From contig CAWEMP010000018.1 in NCBI GenBank assembly GCA_963810205.1, forward strand, positions 169,001 through 233,000: 64,000 bases of DNA, in the 5' to 3' direction. The translations under genes and the position numbers were made by a program. Under the pieces are notes generated by a model. It was not told the origin of the DNA, made no database searches, and worked only from the letters and a program-made list of their open reading frames with translations. The DNA comes from an uncultured Acidobacteriota bacterium (lineage in GTDB: Bacteria > Acidobacteriota > Thermoanaerobaculia > UBA5066 > Gp7-AA6). How positions within the stretch are numbered: position 1 is the first letter of the stretch; each line of letters starts with the position of its first letter. Positions 9,757-19,384 of the stretch are shown piece after piece.

Positions 9757-12447
9757 GTGAGTCTCGCCACCGGCACGCGCCTCGGCCCCTACGAGATCCT
9801 CGCGCCGATCGGCGCGGGAGGGATGGGGGAGGTCTACAGGGCGCGGGACGGGAAGCTGCAGCGGGACGTCGCGATCAAGGTGCTGCCGGAGCTCTTCGCC
9901 GCGGATGCCGAGCGGCTGGCGCGGTTTCAGCGCGAAGCGCAGGTGCTGGCGGCGCTGAACCATCCGCACATCGCGGCGATCTACGGCCTGGAGGAGTCCG
10001 GCGCGACGGCGGCGCTGGTGCTGGAACTCGTGCCGGGGGAGACGCTCGCGGAAAGGATCGCGTCGGGGCCGATCCCGGTGGAGGAGGCCATGGCCGTCGC
10101 GCATCAGATCTCCGACGCCCTCGAGGCCGCGCACGAGCGGGGCATCGTGCACCGCGACCTGAAGCCCGCCAACGTCAAGATCACGCCCGACGGGAAGGTC
10201 AAGGTACTGGACTTCGGGCTGGCCAAGGCGCTCTCGACCGACGGATCGTCGCCGGACGTGACGTCGTCGCCGACGATCACGGCCGCCGCGACGCAAGCGG
10301 GCGTCGTGATCGGAACCGCGGCGTACATGTCGCCCGAGCAGGCGCGGGGCAAGCCCGTCGACAAGCGCACCGACATCTGGGCTTTTGGAACAGTGCTCTA
10401 CGAGATGCTGACGGGCAGGCGCTGCTTCGAGGGCGACACGGTGTCGGACGTGCTTGCCTCCGTCCTGCGCCAGGACCCGGACTGGTCGGCTCTCCCCGCC
10501 GAGACACCGGCGAACGTGCGCCGGCTCCTTCGTCGGTGCCTGGAGCGGGACCGCAAGAACAGGCTGCGCGACATCGGGGACGCGTGGCTCGAGGGCCCCG
10601 CGGATGCACCGGCGGCAACGGGAGTCCGGCGCGGATTTCCGATCGCCTGGGCCGCGGCCGTGCTCCTCGCCCTGGCGGCTGGATTCGCCGTGGCCCGCTG
10701 GACCGGCCGGGCACCCGCCGCGACGACCCCCATCGCGACCCATTCCGTGGTCCCGCTGCCTCCCGGCACGCGGCTTTCCGGTTGGGCATCTCCGGTGCTC
10801 GCCCTCTCCCGCGACGGCCGCTCGCTGGCCTTCGTGGCCGAGAAGGATGGCGAGCCGCAGAGGCTCTGGGTGCACCGGCTCGACCTCGACGAGAGCCGCG
10901 TCGTCCCCGACAGCGATGCGGCCGAAGGGCCGTTTTTCTCTCCCGACGGTCAGTGGGTCGCCTTTGCCGTGAACGTTTCGCAAGTGGCGTCCGGCGGGAG
11001 GGCAGAGCTGAAGGGAGAGCTCAGGAAGTACTCGCTCTCCACGGGCCTGACGCAGACGGTCGCTCCCATTCCCGACTATCACGGAGGAAGCTGGGCCGAG
11101 GACGGCTCGATGCTCGTGGCGGCGTCGACGACCCAGGGTCTGTGGCGAATTGCTGCCGGCGGCGGCAAGCCCGACGTGTCGGCGGAGAGGGTGATCTGGC
11201 AGGGCCGCGAGGACCGGCTCCCATTGTCCTGGCCGCAGGCTCTCGCGGGAGGCGCGGCGCTCGTCACCTTTGACGGCCTGAGCCGTTGGGGAGGCGCCGC
11301 GATTCTCGACTTCCCGACGCGGACCCTGGAGAGGCTCGCCGGAGACACGTCGTTTTCGCGATACGCCGCGGACGGCCGCCTGCTGATGCTCCGGCGAGAT
11401 CGCTCGGTGCTCGCCGCTCCCTTCGACGCGCGGACGCACCGGATCACGGGGCCCGCGGTCGCCGTGCTGCGGGAGGTCGCCACGGGCGGGAACGGCGCCG
11501 GAGCACTCGCCGTCTCGGAGAACGGGACCCTGGTCTATGCGAGCGGTTACCTTCTTGGAAGCGGTCTGGAGCAGAGGCGGCTGGTCCGCCTGAGCGAGAG
11601 GGGGGACGTCGAGATCCTCCCGTTCGAGCCGGACGCCTTCGTCCGCCTTCCGAACGTGTCGCCGGACGGCCGGACTCTCCTGGCGTTGACTGCGGACGGG
11701 TCGGTGTTCCTCTACGATCTAGTGCGCGGCGTTCGCAGTCGGCTTCCGATCGGGAATCTGCAGGGCCACGGGTTCGTGGGGATCTGGTCGCCCGACGGCG
11801 AGAGCGTCACGTTCACCGTCTCGTCCGAGGGCGGGCAGGGGTGGAGCATCGTCCGACAAAAGGCGGATGGCAGCGGTCCGCCCGAAGAGATCGTCCCGAG
11901 CGGCGAGGAGAAAAACGCGCTCGCCTGGACGAGCGATGGCGGTTCCCTGATTTTCACTCAGTGGGGAGAGGAGCCGGCGCTCTGGATTGCGCCGGTCGCC
12001 GAGAAGGCCGCGCCGCGCAAGCTCGTCGAAGGCTTCGTCGGAACCGCGAGCATCTCTCCCGACGGGCACTGGTTGGCGTACGACCGTCAAGGGATCGAGG
12101 GCTGGGAGACGGTCGTCGAGAGGCTCCCCGCGCCGGGCCGCAAGGTGGCGATCGCCGCGGGAGGTAGGGCGCCTCGCTGGTCCCCCGACGGGCGCGCGAT
12201 CTACTTCCGGAGGGGCGACAGCCTTTTTCGCGTAAGGGTCACGCCGGGAGAGAAGCTCGAGCCGGACACCCCCGTGGAGCTTTTCCGGCTGGCGAACTGG
12301 CAGGGCTATGCCGTGGCTCCAGATGGGAAGAGCTTCTTTGGCATCGTGCAGGCCGCCGATTCCGGCATTGTGCGGGAGCTGCACCTGGTCACGAACTGGT
12401 TCTCGGAGCTCGAGCGCCTCGCGCCGGCGGCCGGGGCAAAGCCGTGA
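9757..12447 (+). CDS. Ser/Thr protein kinase with PD40/TolB-like beta-propeller ectodomain (K2, subfamily II)
   Basis: GTG 9757 follows GAGGGGGAAG. The start is fixed by similarity of [27 protein letters not shown] to paralog N-termini, because the track ORF 8122..12447 is merely open upstream. Motifs are VAIKVL, HRDLKPAN, DFGLAK and AYMSPEQ. A TM segment IAWAAAVLLALAAGFAVA is followed by many SPDG repeats. Intact. Confidence 0.9.
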   Translation: MSLATGTRLGPYEILAPIGAGGMGEVYRARDGKLQRDVAIKVLPELFAADAERLARFQREAQVLAALNHPHIAAIYGLEESGATAALVLELVPGETLAERIASGPIPVEEAMAVAHQISDALEAAHERGIVHRDLKPANVKITPDGKVKVLDFGLAKALSTDGSSPDVTSSPTITAAATQAGVVIGTAAYMSPEQARGKPVDKRTDIWAFGTVLYEMLTGRRCFEGDTVSDVLASVLRQDPDWSALPAETPANVRRLLRRCLERDRKNRLRDIGDAWLEGPADAPAATGVRRGFPIAWAAAVLLALAAGFAVARWTGRAPAATTPIATHSVVPLPPGTRLSGWASPVLALSRDGRSLAFVAEKDGEPQRLWVHRLDLDESRVVPDSDAAEGPFFSPDGQWVAFAVNVSQVASGGRAELKGELRKYSLSTGLTQTVAPIPDYHGGSWAEDGSMLVAASTTQGLWRIAAGGGKPDVSAERVIWQGREDRLPLSWPQALAGGAALVTFDGLSRWGGAAILDFPTRTLERLAGDTSFSRYAADGRLLMLRRDRSVLAAPFDARTHRITGPAVAVLREVATGGNGAGALAVSENGTLVYASGYLLGSGLEQRRLVRLSERGDVEILPFEPDAFVRLPNVSPDGRTLLALTADGSVFLYDLVRGVRSRLPIGNLQGHGFVGIWSPDGESVTFTVSSEGGQGWSIVRQKADGSGPPEEIVPSGEEKNALAWTSDGGSLIFTQWGEEPALWIAPVAEKAAPRKLVEGFVGTASISPDGHWLAYDRQGIEGWETVVERLPAPGRKVAIAAGGRAPRWSPDGRAIYFRRGDSLFRVRVTPGEKLEPDTPVELFRLANWQGYAVAPDGKSFFGIVQAADSGIVRELHLVTNWFSELERLAPAAGAKP

Positions 12448-12454
12448 GGAGTTG

Positions 12455-13792
12455 ATGAAGGAGATGGCGCGGACGCGTTTGGCCGCCGTGCTGCTGAGCG
12501 CCTGGGCCGGGATCGCATTGGCCGCCGACCCGGCCGTCACGATCCTCAAGGCCGCCCGACTGATCGATGGGCGCGGCGGCCGGCCGATCGCGCCCGCGAT
12601 GGTGCGGGTCGAAGGCGAGCGAATCGCCGAGGTCGGGCCCGCCCTCGCGATTCCGGCCGGCGCCCGCGTCATCGACCTCGGCGACGCGACGCTCCTGCCC
12701 GGCCTCATCGACCTCCACACGCACCTGACCGACAAGTTCGGCGTCCACTGGGAACAGGCCCTGACGACGACGACCCCCGGCGAGGCCGCGCTGTGGGGCG
12801 CGAACAACGCGCGCGACACCCTCATGGCCGGCTTCACCACGTGCCGCGACATGGGGCCGACCTGGCCCTACGTGGACGTCGCCCTGCGCAACGCGATCGA
12901 CGCGGGCGCGGTGCCCGGGCCGCGCCTCTTCGTGGCCGGCAACTACGTCTCCTCGACCGGCGGGGCCGGCGACGCGCGGCAGTTCTCGATCTACGTGGAC
13001 GTCCCGATCGTCCGGAACCTGGCCGACGGGCCGGAGGAAGTGACGAAGGCCGTGCGCACGAACTTCAAGAACGGCGCGGACTTCATCAAGATCCTCGCAA
13101 CCGGCGCGATCCTCTCGAAGGGCATCGCGCCGGACGCGCAGCAGTACTCGGACCTCGAGATCGCGGCGGCGGTCGAGGAGGCGAACCGCTGGGGACGGCA
13201 GGTCGCGGCCCACGCGCACGGGGCGAAGGGCATCAAGAGCGCGATCCGCGCAGGCGTGCGCACGATCGACCACGGCTCGTATCTCGACGACGAGGCGGTC
13301 GCGCTGCTGAAGGCGGGCGCGCGGAGGACGTTCTACGTTCCGACGCTGTACACGAGCGAGGTGATTCTCGAGAACGAGGGCGCGACGATACCGGAATCCG
13401 AGGTCCAGAGAATGCGCCAGATCCGCGACATCAAGGACGCGGCCTTCCGGCGGGCACTGGCCGCGGGCCTGCCGATCGGATTCGCCACCGACTCGGGCGT
13501 GATCCCTCACGGCAGGAACGCCCGAGAGTTCGCTCTCCGCACCGGTCTCGGCGAGACGCCACTCTCGGCGATCGTCTCCGCGACGAGCCTGAACGCGGAG
13601 ATCATGGGCTGGTCGGACCGCGTGGGGACCGTCGAGAAGGGGAAGCTCGCAGACCTCGTTGCGGTGTCCGGCAATCCCCTCTCGGACGTCACCGAGCTCG
13701 AGCGCGTCCGGTTCGTGATGAAAGGCGGCGTCGTCTGGCGGGACGATCTGTCAGGCGCGTGCCCGGATGCCGGCAGGGGAGCCGGACCTTGA
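12455..13792 (+). CDS. secreted metal-dependent amidohydrolase (PF01979-type)
   Basis: ATG 12455 follows GAGGAG and opens the signal peptide MKEMARTRLAAVLLSAWAGIALA. LPGLIDLHTHL (HxH), AAHAHGAKGI, TIDHGSYL and FATDSGV follow the order of the amidohydrolase metal ligands. Intact. Confidence 0.8.
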   Translation: MKEMARTRLAAVLLSAWAGIALAADPAVTILKAARLIDGRGGRPIAPAMVRVEGERIAEVGPALAIPAGARVIDLGDATLLPGLIDLHTHLTDKFGVHWEQALTTTTPGEAALWGANNARDTLMAGFTTCRDMGPTWPYVDVALRNAIDAGAVPGPRLFVAGNYVSSTGGAGDARQFSIYVDVPIVRNLADGPEEVTKAVRTNFKNGADFIKILATGAILSKGIAPDAQQYSDLEIAAAVEEANRWGRQVAAHAHGAKGIKSAIRAGVRTIDHGSYLDDEAVALLKAGARRTFYVPTLYTSEVILENEGATIPESEVQRMRQIRDIKDAAFRRALAAGLPIGFATDSGVIPHGRNAREFALRTGLGETPLSAIVSATSLNAEIMGWSDRVGTVEKGKLADLVAVSGNPLSDVTELERVRFVMKGGVVWRDDLSGACPDAGRGAGP

Positions 13793-13861
13793 GCCTCTCC
13801 GCCGGTACGAAGCTCGGTCCCTACGAGATCCTGGCTCCGATCGGCGCGGGCGGGATGGGGG
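13789..13861 (+). pseudogene. orphan 5' stub of a kinase gene (first 24 codons, [24 protein letters not shown])
   Basis: The TTG at 13789 overlaps the amidohydrolase stop (CTTGA). The coding sequence stops being kinase-like exactly where repeat R2 begins. Nucleotides 13804-13862 are identical to 14061-14119 of K3. Confidence 0.7.
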
Positions 13862-14015
13862 ACCGTCGCTTCGGTGACTCGGAGGTCTGGCTTCGCCACC
13901 GGCGCGCGGCTCGCAGACGGCGCTCGACCGCGCGCCTGACCTCCTCGCGGCGGTCCGCTCCCGCGGCGCGAACCTCCTCCCTCCCTTCGGTCGGGAGACT
14001 ATTCGCGCCGCGAAC
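13862..14015 (+). repeat. kinase-leader structured repeat, copy R2
   Basis: P1 GGAGGTC/GACCTCC, hairpin 1 GGC-TTC-GCC, hairpin 2 GGCGCGCGG/CCGCGCGCC, and the invariant 3' domain. It lies 30 nt upstream of the K3 ATG. Confidence 0.85.
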
Positions 14016-14045
14016 AACTGGGAGATTGTCTTTGAGAGGTCTCCG

Positions 14046-16706
14046 ATGAGTCTGGCGGCGGGTACGAAGCTCGGTCCCTACGAGATCCTGGCTCCGATCG
14101 GCGCGGGCGGGATGGGGGAGGTGTACCGGGCGAAGGACACGCGGCTGGAGCGGACGGTGGCGATCAAAGTGCTGCCGCAACATCTTTCTTCATCCCCCGA
14201 GGTCCGCCAGCGGTTCGAGCGCGAGGCGAAGACGATCTCGCAGCTCTCGCATCCCCACATCTGCGCGCTCTACGACGTCGGTCGCGAAGGGGAGATCGAA
14301 TACCTGGTGATGGAGCTTCTCGAGGGCGAGACGCTCTCGGATCGCCTCGCGAAGGGGCCGCTGCCGCTCGAGCAGACGCTGCGCTCCGGAGTGGAGATCG
14401 CGGACGCCCTGGACAAGGCGCACCGTCAGGGAATCGTGCACCGGGACCTGAAGCCCGGCAACGTCATGCTGACGCGGTCGGGCGTGAAGCTCCTGGACTT
14501 CGGACTGGCCAAGGCGATGGCGCCGTCTACGCAGCAGTCGAGCCTGACGGCCCTGCCCACGCAGCAGGGCCTGACGCAGGAAGGCACCATCCTCGGGACG
14601 TTCCAGTACATGGCGCCCGAGCAGCTCGAGGGCAGGGACGCGGACGCGCGGACGGACATCTTCGCGTTCGGAGCGGTCCTGTACGAGATGGTCACGGGGC
14701 AGAAGGCGTTCTCGGGTTCGAGCCAGGCCTCGCTCATCTCGTCGATCCTCCGCGACGAGCCGAAGCCCATCTCGCAGGTCCACCCGACCTCTCCCCAGGC
14801 GCTCGATCGAATCGTGCGGACGTGCCTCGCCAAGGATCCCGAGGAGCGGTGGCAGTCGGCGAGCGACCTGAAGCGGGAGCTCCGGTGGATCGGCGAGAGC
14901 TCGCAGTCCGGCGCGGCGGCCGCGACGGGGGTCGTCCCCCGTTCGCGGGCGTCGCGCGCCTGGCTCCCGTGGGGGCTCGCGCTGGCCTCCCTCGCAGCCG
15001 CCCTCGCCCTGGCCTTCGTTCTCCACCGCCGAAGCGCCGTTCGCCCGTCCGCGGTCCATTCCTTCCTTCTGCCGCCGGAGAAGACCGCTTTCGAGCTGAC
15101 CGGCGACGAGTCCGCGCCACCCGCGCTCTCGCCCGACGGCGCGCGGGTCGTCTTCGGCGCGTCGGGAAAGCTCTGGGTCCAGTCGGTGTCGACCGGCGTG
15201 ACGTCGGCGCTGCCGTTGACCGAGCACGCGCTGTTTCCGTTCTGGTCGCCCGACAGCCGGTCGATCGGCTTCTTCGCCGGCGGGAAACTGAAGACGATCG
15301 AAGCCGCCGGCGGCCCGGTGCAGGTCCTGTGCGATGCGCCGACGCCCCGCGGGGGGAGCTGGGGCCGGGCGGGCGTCATCGTTTTCGCTCCGGACTTCCG
15401 GGGCGGGCTTTCGCGCATTCCGGCGGGTGGCGGCGCTCCCGCGGCCGTGACGACGCTCGATGCCGCGCGGCACACGACGCATCGCTGGCCCTGGTTCCTT
15501 CCGGACGGCAAGCGGTTCCTCTTCCTCGCGGCCAACCACGCCAACTCGCGGTCGCAGGACTCGGGGATTTACGTCGGATCGCTCGACGCGGGGCCGGCGC
15601 GCCGCCTGATGGCGTCCTACGGGAGTGTTCAAACGGTGCCGGGCTGGGTGCTGTCGGTTCGCGACAACAGCCTCATCACGACGCCCTTCGACGAGGACCG
15701 CGCCGCCGTCTCGCCGCCGGGCGTCAGCGTCGCCAACGACGTGAACTTCGACTCCGGCGTGTGGCGGGGCGTCTTCACGGTTTCCCGGACGGGACTCCTC
15801 GCGTACCAGGTAGCGCGCGAGGGAACGGGAGGGCAGCTCACGTGGCTCGACATGTCAGGCCATGCGGCCGGAACGATCGGAGAGCGCAACGAGTCGTATG
15901 CCCTGCGGTTGTCGCCCGACGGCCGCCGGGCGTCCGTGATCCAGGGCGATCCGAACAACGACATCTGGATATACGAGCTCGAGCGCGGTGTTCGGACCCG
16001 TCTCACCACCGACGCGGGTGTCCTCCCTTCTCCGATCTGGTCTCCCGACGGTTCCGAGATCCTCTTCGTCAGCGGTGTGGCGATCGAGATGAAGCCCGAG
16101 TACGTCGTGGCGAGGCTTCCGTCGTTCGGAGCCGGCGAAAAGAAGGTCGTCCTGCGCTCGCCCGCCCGCATGGAAACGACGGACTGGTCGCGGGACGGAA
16201 AGTACCTGTTGTTCGACCGCGGCAACATCGGCGCCACCGACATCTGGGCGGTGGCGCTCGCTCAGCCGGACAAGCCATTTCCCCTCGTCCAGACTCCGTT
16301 CCTCGACACCACCGGAATGTTTTCTCCCGACGGGCGATGGGTCGCGTACGTATCGATGCAGACCGGCTCCTGGGAGGTTTTCGTCACGGCGTTTCCCGCG
16401 GGCGGCGCGCCGTACCAGGTCTCCGGCTCGGGCGGCCGCCTGCCGCAGTGGGGCCCGGACGGCAAGACCCTCTACTTCATCGCGGAAAACGAGCTCATGG
16501 CCGCGGAGGTCGACGGATCCGGACCCCGGTTCGAGATTCGAGCGCCGAAGCCCGTGTTCCCCCTTCCCCTTTTCATCGGCCCCCGGTTGGCGAGCGCGTA
16601 CGCCATCACGCCCGACGGAAAACGGCTGCTCGCCAACGCTGCCGGCGACGTGTCCGCGCCGCGCGTCGCGCTCGTCGCGAACTGGACCTCGGATCTGGCC
16701 AGGTGA
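14046..16706 (+). CDS. Ser/Thr protein kinase with PD40/TolB-like beta-propeller ectodomain (K3, subfamily I)
   Basis: Intact 886-aa ORF with [29 protein letters not shown] and QYMAPEQ. The TM segment is AWLPWGLALASLAAALALAFVL. It has repeated SPDG/PD40 motifs and the C-terminus NWTSDLAR. Confidence 0.92.
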   Translation: MSLAAGTKLGPYEILAPIGAGGMGEVYRAKDTRLERTVAIKVLPQHLSSSPEVRQRFEREAKTISQLSHPHICALYDVGREGEIEYLVMELLEGETLSDRLAKGPLPLEQTLRSGVEIADALDKAHRQGIVHRDLKPGNVMLTRSGVKLLDFGLAKAMAPSTQQSSLTALPTQQGLTQEGTILGTFQYMAPEQLEGRDADARTDIFAFGAVLYEMVTGQKAFSGSSQASLISSILRDEPKPISQVHPTSPQALDRIVRTCLAKDPEERWQSASDLKRELRWIGESSQSGAAAATGVVPRSRASRAWLPWGLALASLAAALALAFVLHRRSAVRPSAVHSFLLPPEKTAFELTGDESAPPALSPDGARVVFGASGKLWVQSVSTGVTSALPLTEHALFPFWSPDSRSIGFFAGGKLKTIEAAGGPVQVLCDAPTPRGGSWGRAGVIVFAPDFRGGLSRIPAGGGAPAAVTTLDAARHTTHRWPWFLPDGKRFLFLAANHANSRSQDSGIYVGSLDAGPARRLMASYGSVQTVPGWVLSVRDNSLITTPFDEDRAAVSPPGVSVANDVNFDSGVWRGVFTVSRTGLLAYQVAREGTGGQLTWLDMSGHAAGTIGERNESYALRLSPDGRRASVIQGDPNNDIWIYELERGVRTRLTTDAGVLPSPIWSPDGSEILFVSGVAIEMKPEYVVARLPSFGAGEKKVVLRSPARMETTDWSRDGKYLLFDRGNIGATDIWAVALAQPDKPFPLVQTPFLDTTGMFSPDGRWVAYVSMQTGSWEVFVTAFPAGGAPYQVSGSGGRLPQWGPDGKTLYFIAENELMAAEVDGSGPRFEIRAPKPVFPLPLFIGPRLASAYAITPDGKRLLANAAGDVSAPRVALVANWTSDLAR

Positions 16707-19381
16707 CCCTCTCCACCGGGACGCGCCTCGGCCCCTACGAAGTCCTCGCGCCGCTCGGCGCGGGCGGGATGGGGGAGGTCTACCGGGCGAAGGACACGCG
16801 GCTGGGGCGCGAGGTCGCCGTCAAGGTGCTGCCGGAGAAGGTCGCGGGCGACGCGGCGGCGCTGGCGCGGTTCGAGCGCGAGGCGCGCGCGGTCGCGGCG
16901 CTGTCCCACCCGCACATCCTGGCGCTCCACGATTTCGGCAGCGAGGGCGGCGTCACGTACGCCGTGACCGAGCTTCTCGACGGCGAGACCCTGGCCGATC
17001 GTCTCGCCCGCGGCCCCCTGCCGGCGAGCGAGATCGCCCAGGTGGGAGCGCAGATCTGCGGCGCCCTCACGGCGGCCCACCGCAAGGGCATCGTGCACCG
17101 GGACCTGAAGCCTGCCAACGTGATGCTGACGAAGTCGGGCGTGAAGCTGCTCGACTTCGGGCTCGCCAAGCCGAGCGAGGCGCCGGACGGCCTGACCTCG
17201 GCCCACACCGCGGCGGCGGACGTCACGCGCGAGGGGACGATCGTCGGCACGCTCGCCTACATGTCGCCCGAGCAGGTCGAGGGAAAGACCTCCGACGCGC
17301 GGTCGGACATCTTCGCTCTGGGCGCGACGCTCTACGAGATGGCCACGGGCCGGAGGGCCTTCGAGGCGTCGAGCCAGGCGGGACTGATCTCCGCGATCCT
17401 CTCGGGCGAGCCGCCGGCGGTGTCGGCGGTCCAGCCCATGTCGCCGCCCGCGCTCGACCGGATCGTCCGCGGCTGCCTGGCCAAGGACCCCGACGCGCGC
17501 TGGCAGACGGCGCACGACGTGGGCCTGCAGCTTTCCGCCCTCGGCGATTCCGGAACGGCCGCGGCAACCGTCGTGCGGCCACAGGCGTGGCGTGGCCGCC
17601 GCGTGCTGCCCTGGGCCGTCGCCGCGATCTTCGCGGCCCTGGCCGCCGGGGCGCTCTGGAAGTCGGGGCGGCCGCCCGTCGTTGCGGCACGGACCATCCA
17701 GTTCCCCCTGCTTCCGCCGCCCGGGCGCGCCTTCTACACGACCTACGAAACGCTGACCGTCGCCGTCTCGCCCGACGGCTCCCAGATCGCCTACGTGTCG
17801 GCTCCCTTCGCCGTTTCGGCCGCCCGCCGCGGCATCGCTTCGCCGGAGGCGGCGGACACGCGCAACATCTGGATCCGCGACCTGGCGACTCTCGAATCGC
17901 GGCCGGTCCGGGGGACCGAGGCCGCGATCTCGCTCTTCTGGTCGCCCGACGGGAAATCCCTCGGCTTCTTCGTGCCCGGCAAGCTCAAGCGGATCGCGCT
18001 CGTGGAGGGCGCGTCGGCCGTTCCGATCTGCGACGTGCCGGCCGGAGGAGGTAGGGCGGGGACCTGGAGCGCGGGAGGCGACATTCTGTTCGGGAGCGTC
18101 CAGGGGCAGGTGATCTACCGGGTTCCGGCGGCCGGCGGCTCGCCGGAGAAGCTCATCGAGATCTCGGGCGACGAGTTCCGCGTCGTCTGGCCCTGGTTCC
18201 TGCCGGACGGGCGGAGGTTCCTGTATCTCGCGCGGCTGCGCGACGGTACGTGGCGTCTGATGCTCGGTGAGACCGGAAAGGCCGCTCGCGTTGTCGCGGC
18301 GATCAGCTCGGCCGCCCAGTACGTCGAGCCGGGCTACGTGGTCTTCGTTCGCGAGGGAGCGCTGCTCGCCCAGCGTTTCGACCCGGACGCCGGACGCCTG
18401 ACCGGCGATCCGATCTCGATTGCCGAATCGGTGAACTACTTCTTCTCGACGGGACGTTCTTCGTTCGCCGCGTCCGCGGCGGGAACGATCGCCTACCAGA
18501 CGCACGAGGACGTGAGCCGGCTCGCCTGGTTCGATCTCGCCGGCCGGGCCCTCGAAACGATCGGACCGCCCGGCAACTACCTCAACCTGGCCTTCGACCG
18601 GGAGGGGCGCCGGGTCTTCTTCGACCGCACGCGGCCGGGCATCGGCACCTTCGACATCTGGTCCTGGGACCTCGAGCGAGGGCTCGAAACGCCGATCACG
18701 ACCGAGACCGACACCGAGATTTCGCCGGTCGAGCTCGCCGACGGCAAGAGCATCGTCTATTCGGCCAATCGCGGGCGAGCGCCCGAGCTCTACATTCGCG
18801 ACCTCGGCAGCGGCGCCGAGACGCGGCTCACGAGCGCCCAGAACGCGTTTCAGCAGGCCCAGGATCTTTCGCCCGACGGCCGGACGCTGGCGTACGTCGA
18901 GCGCACGGCCTCGGGAAGCTTCGACATCTGGACCCTCTCGCTCTCCGGAGAGCGAACAGCCGTCCCCTTCCTTCAGTCGAAGTTCGACAAGAAAGAGGTG
19001 CGCTTTTCTCCCGACGGCCGCTTCCTCGCCTTCGTCGCCAACGACTCGGGGCAGGCCGAGGCCTACGTGGCGCCGTTCCCGGGTCCCGGCGAAAAGGTCC
19101 GCCTCTCCTCCGGGGGAGCGCGCCTGCTGCAATGGAGCCGCGACGGGAAGACGCTCTTCTACGTCGCCGCCGACGGGCGGATGATGGGGCTCCCCATCGC
19201 GACCGCCCCGTCGCTGAAGACGGGATCTCCGACGGCGCTCTTCAGGATCGCGGGCAAGCCGTGGCTGAACTTCCGGGTCTCGCGGGACGGGACGCGGTTC
19301 CTGGCGGTTGTCCCCGAGTTCGCCGCCGACGAGCAACCCATGACGGTCGTCGTCGACTGGCCGGCGTCGTTGAAGAAGTAG
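16703..19381 (+). CDS. Ser/Thr protein kinase with PD40/TolB-like beta-propeller ectodomain (K4, subfamily III)
   Basis: GTG 16703 overlaps the K3 stop (GTGA). The N-terminus is [31 protein letters not shown], with VAVKVL, HRDLKPAN, DFGLAK and AYMSPEQ. The TM segment is VLPWAVAAIFAALAAGALW, followed by PD40 repeats and the C-terminus DWPASLKK. Intact. Confidence 0.9.
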   Translation: MTLSTGTRLGPYEVLAPLGAGGMGEVYRAKDTRLGREVAVKVLPEKVAGDAAALARFEREARAVAALSHPHILALHDFGSEGGVTYAVTELLDGETLADRLARGPLPASEIAQVGAQICGALTAAHRKGIVHRDLKPANVMLTKSGVKLLDFGLAKPSEAPDGLTSAHTAAADVTREGTIVGTLAYMSPEQVEGKTSDARSDIFALGATLYEMATGRRAFEASSQAGLISAILSGEPPAVSAVQPMSPPALDRIVRGCLAKDPDARWQTAHDVGLQLSALGDSGTAAATVVRPQAWRGRRVLPWAVAAIFAALAAGALWKSGRPPVVAARTIQFPLLPPPGRAFYTTYETLTVAVSPDGSQIAYVSAPFAVSAARRGIASPEAADTRNIWIRDLATLESRPVRGTEAAISLFWSPDGKSLGFFVPGKLKRIALVEGASAVPICDVPAGGGRAGTWSAGGDILFGSVQGQVIYRVPAAGGSPEKLIEISGDEFRVVWPWFLPDGRRFLYLARLRDGTWRLMLGETGKAARVVAAISSAAQYVEPGYVVFVREGALLAQRFDPDAGRLTGDPISIAESVNYFFSTGRSSFAASAAGTIAYQTHEDVSRLAWFDLAGRALETIGPPGNYLNLAFDREGRRVFFDRTRPGIGTFDIWSWDLERGLETPITTETDTEISPVELADGKSIVYSANRGRAPELYIRDLGSGAETRLTSAQNAFQQAQDLSPDGRTLAYVERTASGSFDIWTLSLSGERTAVPFLQSKFDKKEVRFSPDGRFLAFVANDSGQAEAYVAPFPGPGEKVRLSSGGARLLQWSRDGKTLFYVAADGRMMGLPIATAPSLKTGSPTALFRIAGKPWLNFRVSRDGTRFLAVVPEFAADEQPMTVVVDWPASLKK

Positions 19382-19384
19382 GCG

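Noticed and set aside
9502-11439. Very long antisense ORFs opposite the kinase genes: 9502..11439, 16472..19336, 21861..24677, 24611..26893, 32740..35709 and 49482..52175, all on the minus strand.
   Set aside because: These are typical shadow ORFs of a GC-rich genome. Their translations are Arg/Pro/Gly/Ala-rich low complexity without any recognisable motif. The opposite strand encodes complete kinases with strong motifs.
13789-14049. The stub ORF at R2 looks like a translationally coupled uORF: TTG overlaps the amidohydrolase stop and its TGA overlaps the K3 ATG (ATGA).
   Set aside because: The arrangement is not conserved at the other stubs. The R5 stub ORF stops 36 nt before K9, and the R4 stub ORF stops inside the repeat. 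The double overlap at R2 is most likely incidental.
13804-14119. The stub/kinase 59-nt direct repeat as a template/variable repeat pair of a diversity-generating retroelement.
   Set aside because: No reverse transcriptase or accessory gene is in the window. The two copies are identical rather than adenine-mutagenised. The repeat covers the conserved glycine loop, not a ligand-binding surface.
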